DNA from: Bacteroidota bacterium
GTDB lineage: Bacteria; Bacteroidota; Ignavibacteria; UBA10030; UBA6906
Direction: 5' to 3'
DNA length: 64,000 nucleotides
Assembly: GCA_046160825.1 (NCBI GenBank)
Contig: JBJXHC010000097.1
Span: forward strand, 901 to 64,900
The notes under the pieces are model-generated. The model did not search any database and was not told the origin of the DNA. It saw nothing but the letters and a program-made list of their open reading frames with translations. Below, piece after piece: positions 1-7,320 of this stretch; within the stretch, counting starts at the first letter, position 1; the number at the start of each line of letters is the position of its first letter. Both the position numbers and the translations under genes were made by a program.

Positions 1-165
1 GCCACTCTTCTGCTGCTGGACGTGGTGGGCCATCTTGCCGAGAGATAGAAAATCGTGCGTTTTGTAGAGTGTCAGGCCGTCTTCAAGATTTAGCCGCTGG
101 CCGCGCTGGACTTTGTCCCAGATGGGTTGGAGAGAGTGATCTCTGAAACGAATGTCTGTTGTCAT
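1..165 (-). CDS. Radical SAM menaquinone (futalosine pathway) enzyme, MqnC/MqnE-like; N-terminal 55 codons only, gene runs off the window
   Basis: Own translation of the minus strand from ATG at 165..163: MTTDIRFRDHSLQPIWDKVQRGQRLNLEDGLTLYKTHDFLSLGKMAHHVQQQKSG. It resembles N-termini of MqnE/MqnC (CofG/CofH-like) enzymes and lies downstream of UbiD/UbiX/UbiA-type genes. Absent from the ORF track because it is truncated. Confidence 0.45.
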   Translation of the reverse strand, partial: MTTDIRFRDHSLQPIWDKVQRGQRLNLEDGLTLYKTHDFLSLGKMAHHVQQQKSG

Positions 166-273
166 GTACATCAGGATTGGTCAACAAAATTGAAAAGCTA
201 TAACAATATAGCCAACTTGGGTTAAACAAGAAATATGGAGGCGGGTTTGAATTGCGGACACCAATCTTACATC

Positions 274-392
274 ACTTCCAATAGCTCTCCCCACTTCTCC
301 TCCACCCTTTTCTTTACATCATCCATCATTCGAAGCGGATTGGGGTAGCCGGACTCCATGTCGCATCACTACCCATGATGCCTTTGTACACA
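274..392 (-). pseudogene. Decayed duplicate of the last 39 codons plus stop of the UbiD-family gene
   Basis: Direct repeat of 1194..1312 in the same orientation, roughly 85-90% identical by eye. Two 1-nt indels break the frame (fragments ...VYKGIMGSDATW and YPNPLRMMDDVKKRVEEKW lie in different frames). A stop codon sits at the equivalent position. Confidence 0.75.
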
Positions 393-403
393 CCCGGTTT
401 TAT

Positions 404-597
404 GACACACCCCCGCCAAAAGGTGAAGCACTCCGGGCAGGCCTTCGGTTCCCCTCTCGAGAGGGGAATGTGTAATCCGCGGATTGATTGCGCCTCAGCT
501 TTTGGTTTCACGCAATCTCCAATCAAATACAAATCACTCCACGCCCGATCATTCCCCTCTACAGAGGGGAATGTATGATGCTCGGGTTGTGGGTGTG
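404..597. repeat. MITE-like repeat unit 1, with terminal inverted repeat ACACACCCC...GGGTGTG and two internal TTCCCCTCT/AGAGGGGAA hairpins
   Basis: Hairpin cttcggttcccctctcgagaggggaatgtgtaatccg at 443..479 is identical to 985..1021. A second hairpin attcccctctacagaggggaatg lies at 551..573. Shared internal blocks (ttttggttYcac, atcactc, cgat..attcccctct) match unit 2. Confidence 0.7.
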
Positions 598-963
598 CTA
601 CTGATGATCCCTGATCCATTGTCGGATTGTTTCGAGCACCTTCTCCATTTGAAATTTCACATTGAGATCATCGAAACGGAGGAACCGGATTCCCAATGTC
701 TCCAACCGCTTCTGACGTTGCTCGTCGTTCTGCTGATTGAACGCATGGCTGATGCCGTCTATCTCAATCGCGAGACGTAACACCGGACAATAGAAATCAA
801 CAATGTACTCGTCAATTGGTTTCTGGCGATGGAAGTCGTAACCCATCATTTGCTTGCCTTTCAACTCTTTCCACAAAAGCACCTCAGAGAGTGTGCTCTC
901 ACGACGAAGTTGCCGGGCAAATTCCTTAAGGCGCGGGTTGTAGTGGATGATGGGTTGTTTCAT
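598..963 (-). CDS. DUF559 domain protein (Vsr-like / PD-(D/E)xK endonuclease fold), 121 aa
   Basis: MKQPIIHYNPRLKEFARQLRRESTLSEVLLWKELKGKQMMGYDFHRQKPIDEYIVDFYCPVLRLAIEIDGISH...RLETLGIRFLRFDDLNV is typical DUF559. I start at the internal ATG 963..961, because the track's upstream extension to 1077 merely reads through the hairpin repeat. Confidence 0.8.
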   Translation of the reverse strand: MKQPIIHYNPRLKEFARQLRRESTLSEVLLWKELKGKQMMGYDFHRQKPIDEYIVDFYCPVLRLAIEIDGISHAFNQQNDEQRQKRLETLGIRFLRFDDLNVKFQMEKVLETIRQWIRDHQ

Positions 964-976
964 GGCGTTACTTGTT

Positions 977-1138
977 ACACACCCCTTCGGTTCCCCTCTC
1001 GAGAGGGGAATGTGTAATCCGTTTATGTGAAAGTCTCGGTTTTTGGTTCCACTTATTTCCACAACCAGATCACTCACTTTTCCAACGATTCCCCTCTCTC
1101 AGAGGGGATGTCACGCCGACGGCGTGACAGGGGTGTGT
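977..1138. repeat. MITE-like repeat unit 2, in direct orientation relative to unit 1
   Basis: ACACACCCC at 977..985 and GGGGTGTGT at 1130..1138. Hairpins at 985..1021 and 1088..1110, plus a perfect 8-bp stem gtcacgcc-gac-ggcgtgac at 1109..1127. Confidence 0.7.
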
Positions 1139-1191
1139 TGCTTAGCGATGCCTCGTAGAACAGAAAATAGTCAGCAAAATGTAGACACCAT

Positions 1192-2982
1192 TTACTTCCA
1201 ATAGCTCTCCCACTTCTCCTCCACCCTCTTCTTCACCTCATCCGTCATTCGGAGCGGATTGGGATAACCCTGTTTCCATGTCGCATCGATACCCATGATG
1301 CCTTTGTACACAGGACTGATACCGATGAGCTTTTGTTCGGTAAAGAGAATGTCGCGCTCACAGTCGAAGCGGGTGAAGACGCCCCAGATGTAATTTTCCA
1401 TGTCACGGATATCAACATCATCGCTTACGGCGGCAATGATCTTTATGCCGGGGAGTTCGGTGTGCTTCACAAGTTTTTCAATCAACGGCATGCCGTGTCC
1501 GCTAACCCTCACAAGCAACAGAGTATCATGAACGAGATTGATGTCGAGAATACGCGGGTCGAGGGACTTCAGATGCGGGATGTGGGATGAACGACGTTCC
1601 CTCGCATCGTTGGTCAGGGTTTTCCCATCTCCCGATCTCCCATCCAGTTTTCTCGTCGCATCAACAATCATCTTGCTGCCGAGGTTCATCTTGAAGCTGG
1701 TGAAGTCGAGTGTATCAAGCGGTACACGCGGAATCATCACAAAATCATAATGGGGATCGAAATGGTCACGCACGTTCTTCATCACCTCATCGAAGTTACG
1801 GACGTTGACTCCCTCCGACACAAGGATGATGCACTTGGTAAGCGAGAGCTGCCCGGTACCCATGAGTCCGAGGGCGGCCTTCATTGCCTCCTTCGCATAG
1901 CGCTGATCGACTGCGACGACAAGAAGATTGTGGAAACCTGCTTCATAGTAGGCCCACACGTCAGTCACCTCGGAATGAATGAGCTTCGCCAGCGGCCCGA
2001 GAATCATCTGCGTCGCATCACCGATCCACTTGTCTTCCATGGGAGGAATGCCCACAACTGTCGCAGGATAGACGGCATTGCGGCGACGCGTTATCGTTTT
2101 GATATGAAAGACCGGAAATTCCGCGGCGTGGGAGTAATGTCCGAAGTGATCGCCAAACGGGCCTTCCATTCTTCGCTCATGCAACGGAACGACACCTTCG
2201 AGAATGAACTCGGCATCTGCCGGTACGTCAATCCCAATCGACTTTCCCCTGGAAAATCCCGTCCGTTGGCCACGCAGGAAGCCAGCGAACATTGCTTCAT
2301 CGATATTTTCAGGGAGAGCGGCAACTGTTGCCAGGAGCAGTGCGGGATCCGTGCCAAGCGCAACCGCAAGCTCAAACTGCTTTCCGAGCTTCTCTGCCTG
2401 ATAGTAATGGAATCCCCCACCCTTCTGAATCTGCCAGTGCATGCCGGTGGTTTGCTTGTCGAACACATGCATCCGGTACATCCCTATGTTGCGCTTGCCT
2501 GAACGCGGATCGTATGTCACCACCTGCGGCAGTGTAATAAATCGTCCTCCATCTTCCGGCCAGCACGTGAGGATCGGAAGGTCATCGAGGTTTGGGGACT
2601 CAACTATCTCCTGCGAAATTGGTGACGAGGTTTTCTTTGGCCTGGACTTCAGGAGTCGGTTGACAAGACTCTTATGCTTGAGGAATGCAGATGGTTTCGG
2701 AGGCAATGCATCTTCAAGGAACCTGATCAACTCCTCGCCCAATTCCTGCGGGTGTTTTTGCAAGGCAAGCTCACATCGCTTCTCGCTTGCCAGTGTATTG
2801 ATGACGAGTGGAAACTTGGAGCCCTTGACGTTCTCAAAGAGGATCGCCGGTTTCTTCTCTTTGATCGCCCTTGTTGCGATCTCGGTTATTTCAAGGTAGG
2901 GATCGACTTCGACCTTGACGCGATGGAGTTCACCGACGGATTCGAGATAGCGGGCAAAGTCGCCGAGAGTACCAAAATGCAT
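1192..2982 (-). CDS. UbiD-family decarboxylase (menaquinone biosynthesis decarboxylase type)
   Basis: 596 aa with full-length UbiD-like sequence (ITLPQVVTYDP..GKRNIGMYRMHV, EGPFGDHFGHY). Neighbours are UbiX- and UbiA-type genes. Confidence 0.85.
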   Translation of the reverse strand: MHFGTLGDFARYLESVGELHRVKVEVDPYLEITEIATRAIKEKKPAILFENVKGSKFPLVINTLASEKRCELALQKHPQELGEELIRFLEDALPPKPSAFLKHKSLVNRLLKSRPKKTSSPISQEIVESPNLDDLPILTCWPEDGGRFITLPQVVTYDPRSGKRNIGMYRMHVFDKQTTGMHWQIQKGGGFHYYQAEKLGKQFELAVALGTDPALLLATVAALPENIDEAMFAGFLRGQRTGFSRGKSIGIDVPADAEFILEGVVPLHERRMEGPFGDHFGHYSHAAEFPVFHIKTITRRRNAVYPATVVGIPPMEDKWIGDATQMILGPLAKLIHSEVTDVWAYYEAGFHNLLVVAVDQRYAKEAMKAALGLMGTGQLSLTKCIILVSEGVNVRNFDEVMKNVRDHFDPHYDFVMIPRVPLDTLDFTSFKMNLGSKMIVDATRKLDGRSGDGKTLTNDARERRSSHIPHLKSLDPRILDINLVHDTLLLVRVSGHGMPLIEKLVKHTELPGIKIIAAVSDDVDIRDMENYIWGVFTRFDCERDILFTEQKLIGISPVYKGIMGIDATWKQGYPNPLRMTDEVKKRVEEKWESYWK

Positions 2983-3067
2983 AAACGGAAAGAGATTCGG
3001 GTTATGATGCGATGCAGTGAAGATAATTGGAACTTAAGATAGAAGGGATTTGAGGGAGATGCAAGCG

Positions 3068-5128
3068 TTAGAGACGTGTTTGTATATGCGGGATTCCCAT
3101 CTTGTCTACTACTGCTTTGAAACGGGGGTGTGATCGTAACGAATCGAATACCGGGTCCACCTGGAGGAAGACGAGCATACCGTCTCGCTCGGTCAATGCT
3201 TGCTCCAACAAGTCGAGGGCACGTTGGTTCTCGCCGAGTCCCAGATACGCGACCACTTTCCAGTACGTGGCAACATATTCATTCTGTGACTTCTCTTCCA
3301 ATAGGTCCAGCATTGTCATTGCGTCTTCCCTCATCCCGGAAAGCGCGTACGCATGACACATTGCCGCAATCGCGATCGGGTTTCTACCGCTGAAGATGCT
3401 TGCCATCGAGAACCAATAGCGTGCTGAATCAAGTATCTGTTTTTGCTCGTACGCCCCTCCCAATGGGAGGTATGCCAACGCGAACATGGGATCAAGCTGC
3501 AAAACGCCTTTGAATGTTTCGATGGCTCTATCGTATCGACGTGAAAAATACAGTGTCAGCCCGGCATCAGACCGAATAGCAGCGGAATTGGGGTCGAGTC
3601 GCAAAGCAAGTTCGCCCTCCGCAATCGCCTCGTCAAATCTTCCTGCTGCTGTGAGCAGCAGGCCATACCAACTATGCGCCCGTGCACTGCTGGGATTCAG
3701 CTCGATTGCCCGCTTGAACTCAGCCTCTGCCCGCGACCAATCCCAGTCGTAGTGCATCAGTGAAAAGGCAAACGATGTATGGACTTCGGACAGTCCATCG
3801 TCAATCATCATTGCCTTCAGAGCCGCCTCTCTAGCTTTCACGTACGTCTTTTGGGGAGGGAGAATATTGAAGTCACCGAGAACCATGTATGCATCCGCCA
3901 GTCCGGCATATGCAAGCGCGTAGTTGGGGTCCGCAGCAATTGCCTGCTCAAAGTAGGCGATGCTTTTCTTTAATGTATCCGGAGGAAGTCGCTTGTTCCA
4001 AAGATAGCGACCACGCAGGTACAGGTCGTATGCCTGGAGGTTCTCGGTCTGTTTGTTTGCGAGACGGTCCTCCTCTTCAGGAGAGATTTTGGCTTTCAAC
4101 TCGCGGGCGATTCTTGTTGCAACGTCGTACTGGATTGCAAAGATATTCGCGAGCCCTTGGTTGTATTCTCCTGCCCAGACCTGTTCATCTGTTGCCGCGT
4201 CAATCAAGTGCGCCAAGATGCGAACCGAGTCTCCTTCACGCCGGATACTTCCGTCCAGGATTGTTGAGACGTCAAGCTCCCGTCCGATTTCCTGGGGCTG
4301 CTTATCGGTGTTCTTGTATCTTCTCATGGACGTCGGTGAGATCACGCGCAGATGTTTGATCTTTGAAAGCTGGGCAATCACATCTTCCGTAATGCCGTCG
4401 CTGAAGTACTCATTTTCCTGCGCTCCACTCATATTCTTGAACGGCAATACTGCGACCCCGAACGCACTTTTCGATTCCGATCTGAAAAAAACCAGTAGTA
4501 CAACAATCACAATAGCCGTTACCACTGCAGCCAAAGCATACGCTTTCTTCCTCCGTTTGCCAAAGAGCAACCGTCGAGAGACGCTGCTCCCCTTTTCCCA
4601 CGGAAGGGCAATGCGAAAAATATCCACGGATAGGGTGATGTTCTTCAGCTCACCCTGACCGAGACGTACAAGCGGAAGATCGATCTTGTTTTGGATTTGT
4701 CGGGCGACGTCCTCCGAGATACAGATTCCGCCGGGCACTGCAAGCGGCTCAATACGTGCAGCGATGTTGACGCCATCACCATGAACATTCCTGTCACGCT
4801 GAACCACATCGCCAAGATGAATTCCTATGCGCAACACAATGCGTTCATCATGTGATACCGTGGAGTTCCGCTCGTGAAGTTTCTTTTGGATTTCGACTGC
4901 ACAGCGGGTGGCATCGAGCGCACTCGGAAACTCAAGGAAGAAAGCATCCCCTGCTGTTTCAATCTCTTTACCGTGGTGTACTTCTACGAGGGGGCGAACG
5001 ATCCTGCGTGACTCATCCAAAAGCTCAAGCGCGAGCGACTCATTCTTCTGGGTAAGTGCGCTGTAGCCAACCATGTCGGTGAATACAATGGCTGCAAGTC
5101 TGCGCTGTTCCTTCGACTCTATGGTCAT
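3068..5128 (-). CDS. Class III adenylate/guanylate cyclase domain protein with TM segment, TolB-N-like region and C-terminal TPR repeats
   Basis: N-terminus AAIVFTDMVGYSALT...ETAGDAFFLEF...GIHLGDVV...GDGVNIAARIE is a cyclase catalytic domain. It is followed by a hydrophobic helix (ALAAVVTAIVIVVLLVFF) and TPR-like repeats (AYDLYLRGRY, ALAYAGLADAY and others). Confidence 0.8.
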   Translation of the reverse strand: MTIESKEQRRLAAIVFTDMVGYSALTQKNESLALELLDESRRIVRPLVEVHHGKEIETAGDAFFLEFPSALDATRCAVEIQKKLHERNSTVSHDERIVLRIGIHLGDVVQRDRNVHGDGVNIAARIEPLAVPGGICISEDVARQIQNKIDLPLVRLGQGELKNITLSVDIFRIALPWEKGSSVSRRLLFGKRRKKAYALAAVVTAIVIVVLLVFFRSESKSAFGVAVLPFKNMSGAQENEYFSDGITEDVIAQLSKIKHLRVISPTSMRRYKNTDKQPQEIGRELDVSTILDGSIRREGDSVRILAHLIDAATDEQVWAGEYNQGLANIFAIQYDVATRIARELKAKISPEEEDRLANKQTENLQAYDLYLRGRYLWNKRLPPDTLKKSIAYFEQAIAADPNYALAYAGLADAYMVLGDFNILPPQKTYVKAREAALKAMMIDDGLSEVHTSFAFSLMHYDWDWSRAEAEFKRAIELNPSSARAHSWYGLLLTAAGRFDEAIAEGELALRLDPNSAAIRSDAGLTLYFSRRYDRAIETFKGVLQLDPMFALAYLPLGGAYEQKQILDSARYWFSMASIFSGRNPIAIAAMCHAYALSGMREDAMTMLDLLEEKSQNEYVATYWKVVAYLGLGENQRALDLLEQALTERDGMLVFLQVDPVFDSLRSHPRFKAVVDKMGIPHIQTRL

Positions 5129-5322
5129 TGCTGACCTAAACTAGGTGAGAATTGGGTGCTTTCGCTATGGGAGGATGGTTATGCAGTTAATGCACCCGAT
5201 TGCTGCGGCAAACATACCAAAGGGGAAGGTGAGAGTCAACAGGCAGAATAATGAGAAGGGAAGTGCTATGCTTCTATTCCAACATCGGGAGGGCTGGTTA
5301 CGTCGAGAGGGTTGTTAACATG

Positions 5323-5874
5323 CTATTCAAACTCCTCCGCTCGCCAACCTTTACCTCCATTCAGTCCAAGCTGTTTTAATACCTTGTCAGTATACGCCCC
5401 AACATATTCATCCACCGTCTTTGGTACGAAGTATAGTGGTGACGAAATCGGCATGATGACGGCTCCGTAGCCGGAGAGTCTCGCGCATTGTTCCAGCGAA
5501 AGCGTGGAGAGCGGAGTTTCGCGTACACAGATGATGAGCCTGTAGCGTTCTTTCAGACAGACCTGCGCAGTACGGGTGATCAGCGTATCGCCGATGCCGG
5601 AAGCAATCTTGCCAAGGGTGGATGTCGAGGCGGGGAGAATAACAAACGCATCAAAGTGATTCGAACCGGACGCCATCGGGGCCGTCAGGTCGTCATCAGA
5701 GAACGACCCTTTGATGTACGGCTTCAAGTCCTTCTCACTCATGTTAAGTTCATCGCGCAACAACACCTTGCCCCATGAGCTGACGATGAGGTACTTATCT
5801 GCCTCGCACTTCTTGAGGAAATCCAATGCATATACTGCACCAGACGAGCCGGTAATACCAACGACGATTTTCAT
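5323..5874 (-). CDS. ubiX: UbiX-type flavin prenyltransferase
   Basis: 183 aa. MKIVVGITGSSGAVYA... with a typical UbiX/Pad1 flavoprotein fold signature and length. Confidence 0.85.
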   Translation of the reverse strand: MKIVVGITGSSGAVYALDFLKKCEADKYLIVSSWGKVLLRDELNMSEKDLKPYIKGSFSDDDLTAPMASGSNHFDAFVILPASTSTLGKIASGIGDTLITRTAQVCLKERYRLIICVRETPLSTLSLEQCARLSGYGAVIMPISSPLYFVPKTVDEYVGAYTDKVLKQLGLNGGKGWRAEEFE

Positions 5875-5907
5875 GTTGATTGGATGCCTTCAAATGGAAT
5901 ACTGATT

Positions 5908-5981
5908 ACACAGATGATACTGATTTCACAGATCGAATAAATCCCATCCTTTTTGATCCGCTCTTTCAGTGTCATCTGTGT
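5908..5981. repeat. Inverted repeat (16 bp arms, 15/16 match) in the ubiA-ubiX spacer
   Basis: acacagatgatactga at 5908..5923 against tcagtgtcatctgtgt at 5966..5981, which is the reverse complement with one mismatch. About 42-nt loop. Confidence 0.6.
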
Positions 5982-6003
5982 TCTATTTTCTTTCGCGCGA
6001 ATC

Positions 6004-6837
6004 TCACACATAAACCCCTATCAAGACCATTGCAAAGACTGCAAACCCGGCCACGGCATTGATCTTGAAGAATGCCAGTTCCACGTCTTCGGCTTTTTTC
6101 TGTTCAAGATAAAGAAGATAGCCGGTGAGCAACAGCAGTGGCAGCGCCATCAACGAAAACACCGAATAGAAGAACAACGCTATCAGCAGTCCGAATGCAA
6201 CGAGATGAAAATAACCGGAAAACTTCAGTGCCTTCTCTCTGCCGAACCGTGACGGGAAGGAATACAACGATGCCTTCCTATCAAACTCCTCATCGAGTGT
6301 TGCGTAGATGATATCAAATCCCGCAACCCAGAATAATGTGAAGAGTGAAAGAATGGCCGGGGCAGGGAGATTCTCGAATGATGGCGAGACGGCAAACCAT
6401 CCGCCGAGTGGTCCCATAGCCAGTCCCAACCCGACTCCAAAATGCGCCAGAGGCGTGTAGCGCTTCATGGTCGGATAGACAATGAAGACGGCGAGAGGAA
6501 TCGGCGACATATAAAAACAAAAGTCAGAGATGAAATATGCCGAGCCGAAGTAGAGCGCAAGTCCTGCAATCATTACCCAGCTTGCTTCCCAGAGTGTCAT
6601 TCTGCCGCTCGGTAAATCACGCGTTGCCGTACGTGGATTCTTCGCATCGATGCGCCGGTCGATGATACGATTGAGAGCAAAGGCAACCGTACGCGCACCG
6701 GTAGCCGCAGTGAGAACAAGGATCATGATGCGAAGCGGGGGAACGGTGTCTCTCGCGGCAAGAAACACTCCACTGTAAATCAGAGGGAGAGAAAATAGGG
6801 TGTGTTCGATTTTTACAAAGGAGAAGAACTTGCGCAC
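6004..6837 (-). CDS. UbiA-family aromatic prenyltransferase (menaquinone/futalosine-associated type)
   Basis: 277 aa polytopic membrane protein. NRIIDRRIDAKNPRTATR is the UbiA Asp-rich motif region. Adjacent to ubiX. Confidence 0.8.
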   Translation of the reverse strand: MRKFFSFVKIEHTLFSLPLIYSGVFLAARDTVPPLRIMILVLTAATGARTVAFALNRIIDRRIDAKNPRTATRDLPSGRMTLWEASWVMIAGLALYFGSAYFISDFCFYMSPIPLAVFIVYPTMKRYTPLAHFGVGLGLAMGPLGGWFAVSPSFENLPAPAILSLFTLFWVAGFDIIYATLDEEFDRKASLYSFPSRFGREKALKFSGYFHLVAFGLLIALFFYSVFSLMALPLLLLTGYLLYLEQKKAEDVELAFFKINAVAGFAVFAMVLIGVYV

Positions 6838-6840
6838 AGA

Positions 6841-7293
6841 CTACTCAGATTTGGGATGAGAGATGTGGGATGTGGGTTGCGCAGGATACATCACTTCGGT
6901 TTCTTTGACGAAACCTAGCTTCTCATGCCCTTCACTTACGCCTTCCATGAACCGAAAGGTCATCTTGCACAGAACATCATATTCCGAACGAAGCTCATTG
7001 TAGGTTTTGTCATCAGTAAGTGAGCCGGTCTGAGCGAGAATATCGAGATGTTCTACTGTCTCATGAGCGGAGGCATAGGCGCGGTTGAGGTACTGAATAA
7101 ACTCCTTCTTATTCCTCCGCAAGCAATATCCTTCTACGATTTGAGCGGCAACCGACTTGGCTGATCTTCGGATCTGACTCCCTTCCTCGTACATTTCAAA
7201 CTTGGGAAGGGTAAGGGTCATTCGATGAATGTCAACTGCAAGTTTGTGAGCTCGTTGATAGATCTCAAGCCCTCGGTATCCCTGTTCACTCAT
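6841..7293 (-). CDS. Four-helix-bundle protein (23S rRNA intervening-sequence protein family)
   Basis: LEIYQRAHKLAVDIHRMTLTLPKFEMYEEGSQIRRSAKSVAAQIVEGY...YLNRAYASAHETVEHLDI matches the family pattern as I remember it. Confidence 0.7.
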   Translation of the reverse strand: MSEQGYRGLEIYQRAHKLAVDIHRMTLTLPKFEMYEEGSQIRRSAKSVAAQIVEGYCLRRNKKEFIQYLNRAYASAHETVEHLDILAQTGSLTDDKTYNELRSEYDVLCKMTFRFMEGVSEGHEKLGFVKETEVMYPAQPTSHISHPKSE

Positions 7294-7320
7294 ATCTCAC
7301 ATCCTGTACTCGCCGAGCCT

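Larger units (their letters stand above)
393..1193 (-). mobile_element. Putative inserted cassette: DUF559 endonuclease gene bracketed by two MITE-like hairpin units
   Basis: Bounded by the two copies of the ubiD tail. Contains only the DUF559 ORF plus repeat units 404..597 and 977..1138. No transposase or integrase is visible. Confidence 0.45.

Noticed and set aside
326-780. Track ORFs 326..619(-), 375..578(+) and 484..780(+) in the repeat region
   Set aside because: They read through the hairpin repeats (recurrent PLSRGE / PLERG peptides are translations of the palindromes) and through the decayed ubiD tail. There is no independent coding evidence.
443-1128. Possible CRISPR array or integron attC sites, given the repeated palindromic motif
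   Set aside because: There are only four hairpin copies, with unequal spacing and variable sequence, and a gene sits between them. No cas or intI gene is present, and the RYYYAAC/GTTRRRY attC cores are absent. MITE/REP-like units explain them better.
1750-2502. Long antisense ORFs inside well-supported genes (1750..2502, 13160..13915, 22828..23661, 25175..25762, 40393..41451, 61019..61777, 62972..63478)
   Set aside because: Each lies fully within, and opposite to, a gene with strong family motifs (ubiD, accC, valS, purE, the kinase, alaS). Their sequences are low complexity or Arg/Ser-rich, as expected for antisense frames.
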